From: Gemmatimonadales bacterium
GTDB lineage: Bacteria > Gemmatimonadota > Gemmatimonadetes > Gemmatimonadales > GWC2-71-9
Assembly: GCA_041613315.1 (NCBI GenBank)
Contig: JBFJHJ010000005.1
Span: forward strand, 32,001-96,000
DNA length: 64,000 nt
Reading direction: 5' to 3'
The translations under genes and the position numbers were made by a program. Below, one piece after another: positions 10,523 to 20,748 of this stretch. The notes under the pieces are model-generated. The model made no database searches and was not told the origin of the DNA. It saw only the letters and a list, made by a program, of their open reading frames with translations. Each line of letters opens with the position of its first letter. Position 1 is the stretch's first letter.

Positions 10523-11305
10523 ATGCCCGTCACCTATTCGACCTACTTGAAGCTCGACGAGCTCCTCGCCCTCCAAGCGCCCAAGTCCGACCGGCCGGAA
10601 CACGACGAGATGCTGTTCATCATCATCCACCAGGTCTATGAGCTCTGGTTCAAGGAGCTGCTCCACGAGTTCGACCATCTGGGGCAGTTGCTCGTCCGTA
10701 ACGAGACGCCGCCGGCGCTCCACACCCTCAAGCGGATCCTGACGGTGCTCAAGACCATGGTGGCCCAGATCGACATCCTCGAGACCATCACGCCGCTCGA
10801 TTTCCTGTCGTTTCGCGACCGCCTCGAGTCCGGGAGCGGCTTTCAGTCGTTCCAGTTCCGCGAGCTGGAGTTCGTGCTCGCCCGAAAGGACCGGGCAGCC
10901 GTAGAGCGGTTCCCGCGCGGCTCGGACGCGCGCGCGCGCCTCGAGCGGCGGTATCGTGAACCCACGTTGTGGGACGCGTTTCTCCGCTATCTCGAAGCGA
11001 ACGACTATCGAGTGGAAGAGGACGTGACGGAGCGCGACGTGACCCTCCCGGTGGTAGCGTCGCCCTCCACGCAGCGGATTCTGATCACGGTGTACCGGAC
11101 CAATCCGACGGTGGCCCAGGTGTGCGAGCGTCTGGTGGACTTGGACGAGGGCGTGCAGGAGTGGCGCTATCGACACGTGAAGATGGTGCAGCGGACCATC
11201 GGCACGAAGCGAGGGACCGGCGGCACCGCCGGCGCCGACTACCTCATGACGACACTCAACCAGCCGGCGTTCCCGGACCTGTGGGCGATCCGCACCGAGC
11301 TGTGA
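10523..11305 (+). CDS. kynA: tryptophan 2,3-dioxygenase
   Basis: YLKLDELL, HDEMLFIIIHQVYELWFK, SGFQS, WRYRH, GTGGT. Confidence 0.95.
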   Translation: MPVTYSTYLKLDELLALQAPKSDRPEHDEMLFIIIHQVYELWFKELLHEFDHLGQLLVRNETPPALHTLKRILTVLKTMVAQIDILETITPLDFLSFRDRLESGSGFQSFQFRELEFVLARKDRAAVERFPRGSDARARLERRYREPTLWDAFLRYLEANDYRVEEDVTERDVTLPVVASPSTQRILITVYRTNPTVAQVCERLVDLDEGVQEWRYRHVKMVQRTIGTKRGTGGTAGADYLMTTLNQPAFPDLWAIRTEL

Positions 11306-11402
11306 GCCCTCACCCCTTATCCCCCTCTCCCGAAACGGGAGAGGGGGCACGGCCCGGCGCCTTCCCCTCTCCCGGTACGGGAAAGGGCAAAGGGATGAGG
11401 GC
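11306..11402. repeat. CCCTCTCCC/GGGAGAGGG-type palindromic REP-like element
   Basis: Two hairpins (CCCCCTCTCCCG-AAA-CGGGAGAGGGGG; CCCTCTCCCG-GTA-CGGGAAAGGG) enclosed by GCCCTCACCCC..GGGATGAGGGC. Confidence 0.7.
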
Positions 11403-12585
11403 GGAAGATCTGTACCGCACCCCCAACGCCCTCGCTCCGGATTACCGCAAGTTCTGCGTCGCCGACCGCCTCCTGCTCACGGGGCACTCGCACCAAGCCT
11501 GGCCCGACCGCGGGTTCGAAGGCCAGACCCGGGCGTGGTTCGACGCTTCACACTACGTGGACGAGAAGTGGGACCGCGCCTTCGAGCAGGCCGCCCGGGT
11601 CCGCGCGGGGTACCGGCGCCTTCTGGACGACCGCGGCGGCCACATCGCCCTGGGCGCCAACACACACGAACTCGTCGTGCGTTTTCTGTCCGCCCTGCCA
11701 TTGCGCACCCGGCCGCGCCTCGTCACCACCGACGGCGAGTTTCATACCGTGCGCCGCCAGCTCGACCGACTCGCAGAGGAGGGCACGGCGATCGAGAAAG
11801 TGGCGAGTACGCCGGCGTCCTCGCTCGCCGAGCGGCTCGCGTCCGCGGTCGACGACGAGACCGGCGCCGTGATCGTCTCGGCGGTGCTCTACCAGAACGC
11901 ACACATCGTGCGTGGCCTCGGCGAACTGTCGAGCGCGTGCCGCCGGGTGGGCGCGGAGCTGCTCGTGGATGCCTACCACGCCCTAAACGTCGTGCCGTTC
12001 TCGCTCAGACAAGAGCGACTCGACGGCGCCTTCGTCGTAGGCGGGGGCTACAAGTACTGCCAGCTGGGCGAGGGAAACTGCTTTCTCCGATTTCCGACCG
12101 ACTGCACCCTGCGGCCGGTCGTGACCGGCTGGTTCAGCGAGTTCAGCGCCCTGGCGGAACCCGGCGCGGGCCTGGTTTACGGCGAAGGTCCCGACCGCTT
12201 CGCGGGCGCCACCTACGATCCGACCAGCCATTACCGGGCGGCGGCCGTGTTCGATTTCTTCGAGGAACGGGGGCTCACGCCCGAGCTGTTGCGTGAGGTG
12301 AGCCGGCACCAGGTGGGGCTGCTGGCCCAACGGTTCGACGAGCTGGATGCCGACCCTGAGGTGATCACCCGCGACCGGAGCGTGCCGCTGGATGACGTCG
12401 GCGGGTTCCTCGCACTTCGGGCCCCGAGGGCCGAGGACCTCAGCCGCCGGCTGCGCGAACGCGGGGTCCGCACGGACTACCGCGGCGACGTGCTGCGCCT
12501 CGGACCGGCCCCGTACCTTTCGGACCGCCAGCTCACGGATGCGATCACCGCGCTCGGCGAGATCGTGCGGTCGCCCCTCCCGTAG
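11395..12585 (+). CDS. kynU: kynureninase (PLP fold type I)
   Basis: LTGHSH, DAYH, GGYKYCQLGEG, GWF; directly follows kynA. Confidence 0.85.
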   Translation: MRAEDLYRTPNALAPDYRKFCVADRLLLTGHSHQAWPDRGFEGQTRAWFDASHYVDEKWDRAFEQAARVRAGYRRLLDDRGGHIALGANTHELVVRFLSALPLRTRPRLVTTDGEFHTVRRQLDRLAEEGTAIEKVASTPASSLAERLASAVDDETGAVIVSAVLYQNAHIVRGLGELSSACRRVGAELLVDAYHALNVVPFSLRQERLDGAFVVGGGYKYCQLGEGNCFLRFPTDCTLRPVVTGWFSEFSALAEPGAGLVYGEGPDRFAGATYDPTSHYRAAAVFDFFEERGLTPELLREVSRHQVGLLAQRFDELDADPEVITRDRSVPLDDVGGFLALRAPRAEDLSRRLRERGVRTDYRGDVLRLGPAPYLSDRQLTDAITALGEIVRSPLP

Positions 12586-12616
12586 GCTTGGCGACCCCGT
12601 GCCGCCCCCCCGCATC

Positions 12617-13009
12617 TTACCAAACGGCAACCGTACTGAGCGCGAGGTTGTTCTCGATCGCCAGCTCCACGACCTGACCCGGTCCCACCACCAGACGCGG
12701 CGAGACGTACTGTGCCGCCGACCCGATCAGCTCGACGACCAGCACGGCGCCGCTCGAGTACAGCGGGTACGGCGGCAGCGTAATGACTTCGCGCCCGGAC
12801 GCACCCATCACCGTCCCGATGCGCATGCGGGTGCCGCTCACGACGAGGTAGATCCGCGCATCGAGCCAGTTGTGATTGGCGACGTGGAGCATGGATTCGC
12901 CGCCCGGCGCGGCGGCGATGTCGGTGTGGCCGGCGGTGGCGCAGCCTCCGCTCCCCATCCCTCCCGCCAGCAGGACGGCGGTCGACAGCGTCGCAAGAGC
13001 GATTCTCAT
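12617..13009 (-). CDS. hypothetical lipoprotein
   Basis: SD GGAGGTGG, signal peptide ending GGC, beta-rich body. Confidence 0.65.
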   Translation of the reverse strand: MRIALATLSTAVLLAGGMGSGGCATAGHTDIAAAPGGESMLHVANHNWLDARIYLVVSGTRMRIGTVMGASGREVITLPPYPLYSSGAVLVVELIGSAAQYVSPRLVVGPGQVVELAIENNLALSTVAVW

Positions 13010-13391
13010 CGTCCACCTCCTGCTCAAGTAGCGGCGCAATACGCCGTGCCATCCGCCCCCGCGGCGTGGTGCCCGGAGACGGCAGCAGCGACCGGTTTTT
13101 TCGGCCCGCTCCGGCGTACCAGGAGGCGCCGGCCGGTCACGGGCCATTGCCGAATGCATCAACTCTGGCCCTCCGTATCACGGTAATGCGGGGCATCGGC
13201 CACGCATGTGCCATAGGTCACGGCCGCGCGGCGGGGCCACCCGGCGCTCCGCGTGGTGCTCGGTTGCGCACCGCCCCCTAGCCGCGGCACCAACGATGAA
13301 CAAACCGGCCCGGCGGCGCCTTTGGACCCGTGGGGCAGAGCGATAGACTTCATATCGCGCCGACGACGACCCCTCCCTCTCGGAGGCCCTC

Positions 13392-14117
13392 ATGGCCCTC
13401 ACGCTCACCTTCCTCGGTCACGCCGGGGTTCTGCTCTCCGACGGCACACACACCGTCGCCATCGACCCGTTCCTGACGGGCAATCCCGCCGCCACCATGC
13501 GGCCGTCGGACGTCACCTGTGATGCGATCGTCCTGACGCACGGACACCCTGATCATTTCGGCGACACGGTGGCGATCGCGAAGGCCAACAAGGCCACGGC
13601 CTATGCCGCCTTCGAGATCGCGAACTACCTGGAAGGGCAGGGCGTACGCGTGGAACCTGGAAACCCTGGCGGGAAGATCGAGGCGGATTTCGGCTGGGTG
13701 GCGTTCACCCAGGCGTTCCACTCCTCGTCCTACGAGGGACGCTACATGGGGATGCCGTGCGGCGTGATGGTCCACCTGGGCGACGTCACCGTCTACCATT
13801 GTGGCGACACCGCGCTGTTCGGCGACATGAAGCTGCTGGGAGAGATCTACGAGCCCGACATCGCGCTCGTTCCGATCGGCGACCGCTTTACGATGGGACC
13901 CGAACTCGCGACCCGCGCTGCCGAGCTCATCCGGCCCAAGGTCGCCGTGCCGATCCACTACAAGACCTGGCCGCTGCTCGTGCAGGACGCCACGGGGTTC
14001 GCGCCGAAGAATGTGCGGGTCAAGGTACTGGAACCGGGCGAGCGGTGGGCGTACCCCGAAGACAAGGCGCCGGGTCCGCGACCCGGCGGTCGGAGCCGGG
14101 CTCGCAGTACTCGCTAG
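13392..14117 (+). CDS. metal-dependent hydrolase, metallo-beta-lactamase fold (UPF0173-like)
   Basis: LTHGHPDH, YHCGDT, PIGDRFTMG, PIHY. Confidence 0.9.
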   Translation: MALTLTFLGHAGVLLSDGTHTVAIDPFLTGNPAATMRPSDVTCDAIVLTHGHPDHFGDTVAIAKANKATAYAAFEIANYLEGQGVRVEPGNPGGKIEADFGWVAFTQAFHSSSYEGRYMGMPCGVMVHLGDVTVYHCGDTALFGDMKLLGEIYEPDIALVPIGDRFTMGPELATRAAELIRPKVAVPIHYKTWPLLVQDATGFAPKNVRVKVLEPGERWAYPEDKAPGPRPGGRSRARSTR

Positions 14118-14138
14118 AGACCGGGTACGGGCGGTCGG

Positions 14139-16169
14139 CTACGCCCGCTCATCCAGAATCTCGCGTACGCGGATCAGCAGCTCGGTGGGCGTCCAGGGCT
14201 TGTGGAGAAACGGGACGGAGGCGTTCAGCGCAGTGCTCTCCCTGACGTCGCGCGCGGTGTAGCCGCTCATGAACAGGAACTTCAGTCCGGGATAGCGCTG
14301 TCGGGCGGCTGCGTACAGCTCGGTGCCGCTCAGGCGGGGCATCACGACGTCAGAGATCACCAGCGCGATCGCGTCGGCGTGGGCCGTCAGAATGTCCAGA
14401 CCGCAGGCGCCGTCCTCTGCCAGCAGCACGTTGTAGCCGAACTGTTCGAGCACGCGTTTCGCCGCGCGCCGCACCGACGCTTCGTCCTCCACGAGGAGGA
14501 TGGTCTCCTCCCCAGCGGGAAGCTGGCTCATCTGCAGGCTGCGCCGCCGTGCCACGCCCGGCTCGTACGTCGCCGGGAAGAACACCGTGACCGACGTGCC
14601 TTGGTTCACCTCGCTCTGCACGTCCACGAACCCGTTCTGCTGTTTGACGAGCCCGTAGATCATCGCCATGCCCAGCCCGGTGCCCTCGCCGGGCGGCTTG
14701 GTGGTGAAGAACGGCTCGAACACGCGCTGTCGGGTCAAGTCGTCCATGCCGATCCCGGTATCGCTGACGACGAGGCAGACATACTCCCCCGGCTGCCCCC
14801 AGCCACTGCGGACCTGGTGGTCCTCGTCGATCCAGCTCCTCCGAGCCTCGATCCGAAGCAAGCCGCCTCTCGGCATCGCGTCACGCGCGTTGGTCGCGAG
14901 GTTCACGAGGATTTGCTCGAGAGACACGGGGTCCGCGACGACCCGTGGGAGATCCGGCTCGAGCACGATTCGGACATCGATGTTCTCGGGCAGGACCCGC
15001 CGCCACGTGTCGGCCAACTCTTCGATGATGGCGCCGAGGCCCAGTGGCTTTGCCGCCAGAACCCCCCGACGGCTGAAGCCAAGGAGCTTCCGCACCATCT
15101 CCGCACCGCGCCGCGCCGCCGCCTTGAGCTCCACCAGATCTGCGCGGAGCTGCGGCTGGTCGTCATCGAGCGCCGCATCGATGAGGTCGGCGTTCGCTCG
15201 AATCACGGTCAAGATGTTGTTGAAGTCGTGAGCGATGCCGCCCGTGAGCTGGCCGATGGCCTCCATCTTCTGCGCCTGCTGGAGCTGCGCCTGGAGCGCC
15301 CGTTGCTCCGTGACGTCCTCCACCATGACCTCGAAGCACTCCGCCTGCCCGTCGGCTCCGCGCACGGCCTGTCCGCTCAACCGCACGGTGAGGGGGGTGC
15401 CGTCGCGCTTTTTCCACGGCACCTCCACGCCCTCGAAGCGCTCGGCTGACCCGTACTGCGCGATGAGCCGGCCGCGGTCCGCGGCATCGACGTAGATGTC
15501 GCTCGAAAGATCGAGCCTGAGGAGCTCCTCCTCGGACCGGTAGCCGAGCATCGCCACCAGCGCCGGATTGGCGGAGACAAACCTCCCCGCCGGCGTCGAC
15601 CGATAGATCCCGTAGATGGCGTGCTCCACCAGCGCGCGATAGTCGGCCTCCGACTTTCGCGCCGCCTCCTCGGCGTTCTTGAGCTCGGTCACGTCGGCGG
15701 CGTGCCCCAGCACGTACGGTGCCCCATCGCCCTCCGTATGGAGGACGTTGCGATACGCCCACAGCCGCTCCTCCCCCCTCCGGCCAATCACGCGCATCAG
15801 CCCCTGGTCCACCCCGTCGCGCTTGATGCGAGCCAGGTAGTCAGCGAAGTGTGGGCGGACGTCGGCAGGCAGGAAGTCAGCCAAATTCTTCCCCACACCG
15901 TCGCGGGGCTCGTAACCGAGCGCGTGAGCCGCCGCAGGGTTCACCGAAAGCAAGTGGCCGTCCAGGTCATGGACGCAGATGAGCCCCTGACTGCTCTCCA
16001 CGAGTGCGCGGTAACGCTGCTCGCTTTCCCGCAGCCTCCGCTCCGATTCGGAGAAATCCTGGTGTCGTCGCCGCAGCTCGGCGCCAGCCTCCTGCAGGGT
16101 GGCGACGCGCTCCCGGAGCTCGGCGATCTCCGTGAGCAAGTCCTCCTTGGTCTTTGAAGAATCCTTCAT
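14139..16169 (-). CDS. PAS-PAS hybrid sensor histidine kinase/response regulator
   Basis: Two PAS domains, GGIAHDFNN H-box, NARDAM, FFTTK..GTGLG, C-terminal receiver. Confidence 0.93.
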   Translation of the reverse strand: MKDSSKTKEDLLTEIAELRERVATLQEAGAELRRRHQDFSESERRLRESEQRYRALVESSQGLICVHDLDGHLLSVNPAAAHALGYEPRDGVGKNLADFLPADVRPHFADYLARIKRDGVDQGLMRVIGRRGEERLWAYRNVLHTEGDGAPYVLGHAADVTELKNAEEAARKSEADYRALVEHAIYGIYRSTPAGRFVSANPALVAMLGYRSEEELLRLDLSSDIYVDAADRGRLIAQYGSAERFEGVEVPWKKRDGTPLTVRLSGQAVRGADGQAECFEVMVEDVTEQRALQAQLQQAQKMEAIGQLTGGIAHDFNNILTVIRANADLIDAALDDDQPQLRADLVELKAAARRGAEMVRKLLGFSRRGVLAAKPLGLGAIIEELADTWRRVLPENIDVRIVLEPDLPRVVADPVSLEQILVNLATNARDAMPRGGLLRIEARRSWIDEDHQVRSGWGQPGEYVCLVVSDTGIGMDDLTRQRVFEPFFTTKPPGEGTGLGMAMIYGLVKQQNGFVDVQSEVNQGTSVTVFFPATYEPGVARRRSLQMSQLPAGEETILLVEDEASVRRAAKRVLEQFGYNVLLAEDGACGLDILTAHADAIALVISDVVMPRLSGTELYAAARQRYPGLKFLFMSGYTARDVRESTALNASVPFLHKPWTPTELLIRVREILDERA

Positions 16170-16384
16170 AGATGGGTCTTGGGATCCGCCGCCAGGGCGT
16201 TCGCCCGGGTGCGCCCTGAGCCTGCGGCTTGGCATGACATTCGCTCGCGACGCTCCCGCGGCTAAGATAGAACGGGCGTGGGCCGACATGCTAGAATCGC
16301 ACGACGTCGCTCGATAGCCGTGACGCGGGGCACACGCGTTCGCGGGCGTCGGGGACAGCCGGGCAATCAACCCTGGCCGGCGGC

Positions 16385-16912
16385 GTGACGTCTACGCCTT
16401 CCCCACGCGTTCTGCTCACCGGCCCGCCGGGCTGCGGCAAGACGACGGTGATCCGCCGCACGGTTGCCCTCCTCACATGTCCCGCCGTCGGGTTCTACAC
16501 CGAGGAAGTGCGCCGGGGAAGCGGGCGCGTGGGTTTCGATGTCGTGACGCTGGACGGCGTTCGGGGGCCCCTGGCGCGCGTCGGCGGGTTGGGGCCACGA
16601 GTGGGCAGATACGTGGTAGACGTCTCGTCGTTCGAGCAGATCGGCGTGCCGGCGCTCGAGGCCGGCCTGGAAGATCCCCACACGGTGCTCGTCGTGGATG
16701 AGCTGGGGAAGATGGAGTTCCACAGCCGCCGGTTCGCGGCGCTCCTCCCCATGGTCTTCGCCGGGGAGAACCCCGTGTTGGGAACGATCCTCTCGCGGCC
16801 GCACCCCATCGCCGACGGGATCCGGCAGCTGGCGGGGGTCGAGTTCGTCGGGGTGACCGCGGGCAACCGCGACATCCTGCCCCGGGGACTGGCGGCGCGG
16901 TTCACGGCCTGA
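16385..16912 (+). CDS. nucleoside-triphosphatase (THEP1/NTPase_1 family)
   Basis: LTGPPGCGKTT, GFYTEEVR, VVDELGKME. Confidence 0.88.
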   Translation: MTSTPSPRVLLTGPPGCGKTTVIRRTVALLTCPAVGFYTEEVRRGSGRVGFDVVTLDGVRGPLARVGGLGPRVGRYVVDVSSFEQIGVPALEAGLEDPHTVLVVDELGKMEFHSRRFAALLPMVFAGENPVLGTILSRPHPIADGIRQLAGVEFVGVTAGNRDILPRGLAARFTA

Positions 16913-16991
16913 GCCGGCGGCGCCCGTGGTGCGGGAGCGGGGCTCAAGCACCCGAGAAGAACGGGACCGAGCGTCACAGGGGGTTGGGGAG

Positions 16992-17063
<72 letters not shown>

Positions 17064-17137
17064 GGATTGTGGATTACAAACTTCGCCACCGCCCCTGACA
17101 TTCTCAAGCCGCGTCGCGCGCCGTCATGAAGCCGCCT

Positions 17138-17683
17138 TCAGGAGCCGGCCAAGGGATCGGGCGGCCGCTCGGACGTGTCCCGGCCCGCCTCCTCCGCCCC
17201 CGCCCCCACGACGTGCCCCGACCCCACCGCCTGCTTCGCCGCTGCGTCGCGCAGCTCGCGGATCTCCTCGTCCGAGTACCCCGCCCCACGCAGCTTGCGG
17301 TCCATCTCCAACGCCTTGACCGCGGCCTTGAGCGTGCCCAGCGCGAGTGTCGCGCAGCGGTGCCGAAAACCCACGACCTCCCGACCGAGCAGATCCAGCA
17401 TCTCCTCGTAGGTGAGATCGCGCACGTCCTCGAACGTCGGGTGCTCTCGGTTCACCTTGCGGAGCAGGATCGACGCGGCCGCCTGACTGATCGTGCAGCC
17501 CGCGCCCTCGAAGCTCGCCTCGGCGATCCGGTCGGCGCCGTCCGTCTTGACATGCAGGGTCACGAGATCGCCACACCCCGGGTTCCCGCCGGGCATGCTG
17601 ACGTCCGCCTGCCCCAGCGCCCCCTTGTGCCGGGGGCGCTGGTAGTGGTCCACCAATCGGGCGATCAGCGCGTCGCGGTCCAT
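17138..17683 (-). CDS. IscU/SufU-like Fe-S scaffold or sulfur-transfer protein
   Basis: DHYQRPRHKG, NPGCGD, GCTISQAAAS, RHRCATL. Confidence 0.88.
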   Translation of the reverse strand: MDRDALIARLVDHYQRPRHKGALGQADVSMPGGNPGCGDLVTLHVKTDGADRIAEASFEGAGCTISQAAASILLRKVNREHPTFEDVRDLTYEEMLDLLGREVVGFRHRCATLALGTLKAAVKALEMDRKLRGAGYSDEEIRELRDAAAKQAVGSGHVVGAGAEEAGRDTSERPPDPLAGS

Positions 17684-17711
17684 GAAGCGACCCCGCGGGC
17701 GCGAAACCGGC

Positions 17712-18602
17712 TCATTTCTCAATGGGCGCCAGCACCATGTTGCCCCACTCCGTCCAGGAGCCGTCGTAGTTCCGGACGTGCTTGAACCCCAGGAGATACG
17801 TCAGCACGAACCAGGTGTGCGACGACCGCTCCCCGATCCGACAGTAGGCGATCACCTCCTTGTCAGGCGCGAGCCCGTTCTCCTCTTGATAGATCGTCTT
17901 GAGCTCCCTCGCCGGGCGGAACGTGTGCGTGTCCGGGTTCACCGCCCGGCCCCAGGGAATATTCTTGGCACCGGGGATGTGTCCGCCACGTAGGGCGCCC
18001 TCGTTGGGGTAGTCCGGCATGTGCATGCGCTCGCCGCGGTACTCCTCGGGGCTCCGAACGTCCACCAGGGGCTTGTGTGCCTGCGTGTGGCGCAACGTGT
18101 CGCCGCGGAACGCGCGAATCTGTTTGTCGTCGCGCACCTTGATCGTGATGTCCCCCTTGGCATGGGACGGCTTCTCCGTCACCAGCGGCCGCCCCTCCTG
18201 CTCCCACCGGGCTCGCCCGCCGTCCATGACCTTCATCTTGTCCACGCCGAAGAGCCGGAGCACCCAGAACGCGTAGCACGCCCACCAGTTGTTCCGGTCA
18301 CCGTAGAACACGATGGTCGTGTCGTTGCCGATGCCGTAGCTGCGAAGCAGCTCCTGCAGACGCTCGCGATTGATGTAGTCCCGGACCTTGGGGTCGTTCA
18401 AGTCGGCCACCCAGTCGATCTTCACGGCGCCGGGAATGTGCCCGGTCTCGTAGAGCAGCAGGTCTTCATTCGACTCGAGCAGCCGCACCTTGGGATCGTC
18501 CAGATGGTCGGCCACCCAGGCGGTGGATACGAGCACCGCCGGGTGCGCGTACCCCCGCTCCGTGATCGGGGTGACGGGCGGAGCCGTCGTACTCTGGGAC
18601 AT
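17712..18602 (-). CDS. two-domain rhodanese sulfurtransferase (SseA/CysA type)
   Basis: GHIPGA twice, YCRIGERS active site, [19 protein letters not shown]. Confidence 0.93.
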   Translation of the reverse strand: MSQSTTAPPVTPITERGYAHPAVLVSTAWVADHLDDPKVRLLESNEDLLLYETGHIPGAVKIDWVADLNDPKVRDYINRERLQELLRSYGIGNDTTIVFYGDRNNWWACYAFWVLRLFGVDKMKVMDGGRARWEQEGRPLVTEKPSHAKGDITIKVRDDKQIRAFRGDTLRHTQAHKPLVDVRSPEEYRGERMHMPDYPNEGALRGGHIPGAKNIPWGRAVNPDTHTFRPARELKTIYQEENGLAPDKEVIAYCRIGERSSHTWFVLTYLLGFKHVRNYDGSWTEWGNMVLAPIEK

Positions 18603-18732
18603 ATGGGACCTCCTCGCGGATCTGGTCCGCGCCAACTCGGTGAATGAGAGTCTCGACGTGACCCCCAAACGCGAACGGCCGCGGCATCCTTCCGGGCCGC
18701 GGCCGACGTGCTGAGTCGAGGATGAGCGCCGC

Positions 18733-18849
18733 CTAGCCCACGCCCGTGCCTCCGCCGCGGTTCCGGGCGGTGTGCGAACAACAGGTACATGCGCCCTCCG
18801 GGGACGCCGCGGGGCGACTCGCCCCGACTGTCACGTGTTTCGGGTGCAC
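18733..18849 (-). CDS. putative Cys-rich leader peptide (38 aa)
   Basis: GTG-start [41 protein letters not shown] just after TTGACA-N19-TATTTC. Confidence 0.45.
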   Translation of the reverse strand: MHPKHVTVGASRPAASPEGACTCCSHTARNRGGGTGVG

Positions 18850-19031
18850 CTGTGAAATAGCTCCCTTTGTGGGGCGCATGTCAAGCGGCCGCCGACGCAC
18901 CCGGATCGTCAACGTCCGTTGTCGAGGGAGACACCCGCTCGCCGTGGGCGGGGCGCGGGGGCTCCGTGGATTGACAGCCGCGACGGCACCCCCAAGCTTC
19001 GGCGTGCGCGCACACCTCCGAGGAGGGCACC

Positions 19032-19910
19032 GTGGCCATTCAGGTGACATGCCAGTGCGGCGAAACGTACGTGTTGAAGGACGAGTACGCCGGGCAGGTC
19101 GTGAGCTGTCCCCAGTGCGGCGAGTCGCTGCAGGCCGGTGAGGCGCCGCCGCGGTTGGGCGACCCCGCCTTCGACCGGGACAAGTTCCTGCTGCGGCAGA
19201 AACACCTGGCGATCTCCGAGAAGTACTACGTATGGGACGACGGCGGCGCCAAGATCCTCTACATGGAGCGCCCCGCCCACCTGGCGCGGAACCTGTTGGC
19301 GGCGTTCGCTGGGATCGCCGCCGGCGTTGTGGTGCTATCCGCCTTTCTCGCGATCGGCGATGCGGCGGGGCCCGGGACCGTCCAGACGGCCTCATTCGTG
19401 CTCGCCGTGATCGGGGGCATCGCTGCCATCGTCGTCGTCGGGGTTGGGCTCAGCAAGAAACGGCATCTCACCATCTACCGCGACGACACCAAGCGCGAGA
19501 AGCTGCTCGAGATCTACCAGGACCGGAAGTTCCAGCCGATCAATGCGACCTATACCGTGCGCGACGCCGGCGGGGGCGAACTGGCGCGGCTGCGCAAGAA
19601 TCACCTGTACAACTTCTTCCGGAAGCGGTGGTACTGTCGCTTGCCGGACGGCACCCTGCTCTGCCTGGCCAAAGAGGACTCGATCATCCTCTCGCTCCTC
19701 AGGCGCGTGATGGGATCGTTCTTTGGCCTGCTGCGGACCAACTTCGTGATCTTCAAGGGTGCGACCGACGAGGTCGTTGGCGAGTTCAACCGAAAGTTCA
19801 CCCTGCTCGACCGCTACGTGCTCGACATGACCCGCGACCGCGCCCGCGACATCGACCGGCGCCTCGCGCTCGCCCTGGGCGTCATGCTCGATACCGGTGA
19901 GCGGCGTTGA
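19032..19910 (+). CDS. membrane protein with N-terminal zinc ribbon and scramblase/LURP-like domain
   Basis: CQCG..CPQCG, two TM helices, FTLLDRYVLD and DRRLALAL motifs; SD GAGGAGG. Confidence 0.7.
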   Translation: MAIQVTCQCGETYVLKDEYAGQVVSCPQCGESLQAGEAPPRLGDPAFDRDKFLLRQKHLAISEKYYVWDDGGAKILYMERPAHLARNLLAAFAGIAAGVVVLSAFLAIGDAAGPGTVQTASFVLAVIGGIAAIVVVGVGLSKKRHLTIYRDDTKREKLLEIYQDRKFQPINATYTVRDAGGGELARLRKNHLYNFFRKRWYCRLPDGTLLCLAKEDSIILSLLRRVMGSFFGLLRTNFVIFKGATDEVVGEFNRKFTLLDRYVLDMTRDRARDIDRRLALALGVMLDTGERR

Positions 19911-20643
19911 TGGCCGCGTGAGGGCAGGGGACCCCGGGGGCGGCGGGCCGTCACGGGCGGACGAGCCGCCGGAGGAGCCGCGCCGGCCCATCCCGATCAC
20001 GCCGGAGATGCTGGCAGACACGGCCGCGGAGGACCGTGTCGACTTCGAGCGCGGGATGTCCTATCTGCCGCGCGTGACGCTCCTGCTCATCGCCGCGTCC
20101 GTGGGGGTGTTCGCGTGGGAGATCGCGACCGGGGCCCTCGAGTCCGTCGAGAACATCGTGAGGGCGGGCGCGCTCCATCGTGCATCCGTGGCGGACGGCG
20201 AGGCCTGGCGCCTCCTCTCGGCCACCCTCCTCCACGGCGGCGCCGGTCATCTGGTCGGGAACTGCATCGGCCTGTACATCGTCGGGATGGCGTGCGAACA
20301 CGCCTTCGGCTCCGGCGGGATGGCCAAGGTCGCGTTCGCCAGCGCCCTGGGCGGATCCCTGCTCAGCGTGGCGGCGCATCCTGGGCCGTCGGTCGGGGCG
20401 TCTGGCATCGTGTTCGGAGTGATGGGCGCCGTGGCGGCGTTCCTGCACCGGCACCGGCACGACCTCGAGATCCGTGACCTCCGCGTCGGCATCGTGCTTC
20501 TCGCGTGGGCGGTGTACGCCGTCATCACCGGCTTCCTGACACCGTTCGTGGACAACTTCGCCCACATCGGTGGGTTCCTGGCCGGCGGGGCCGTGGCGCT
20601 GGCGCTCGAACCGGCGATCTTCCGACGCACACGACCGGCTTGA
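19897..20643 (+). CDS. rhomboid intramembrane serine protease
   Basis: WRLL..LLH..HLVGN, SVGASG, AHIGG. Confidence 0.9.
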   Translation: MSGVDGRVRAGDPGGGGPSRADEPPEEPRRPIPITPEMLADTAAEDRVDFERGMSYLPRVTLLLIAASVGVFAWEIATGALESVENIVRAGALHRASVADGEAWRLLSATLLHGGAGHLVGNCIGLYIVGMACEHAFGSGGMAKVAFASALGGSLLSVAAHPGPSVGASGIVFGVMGAVAAFLHRHRHDLEIRDLRVGIVLLAWAVYAVITGFLTPFVDNFAHIGGFLAGGAVALALEPAIFRRTRPA

Positions 20644-20748
20644 GGGCGCCGCTTCCAACGCCCGCGGCACCGCAGGCGACCCCGTAGCGGAAAAGCGCCT
20701 CCGACCGCAAGTTTCTAGGTTCTCACAACCGTGGGGTCGAGACGGCGT

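Noticed and set aside
18675..18705. CCCGGAAGGA hairpin resembling SRP RNA domain IV
   Set aside because: Lacks the conserved CAGG/AGCA internal loop; treated as part of the sulfurtransferase leader
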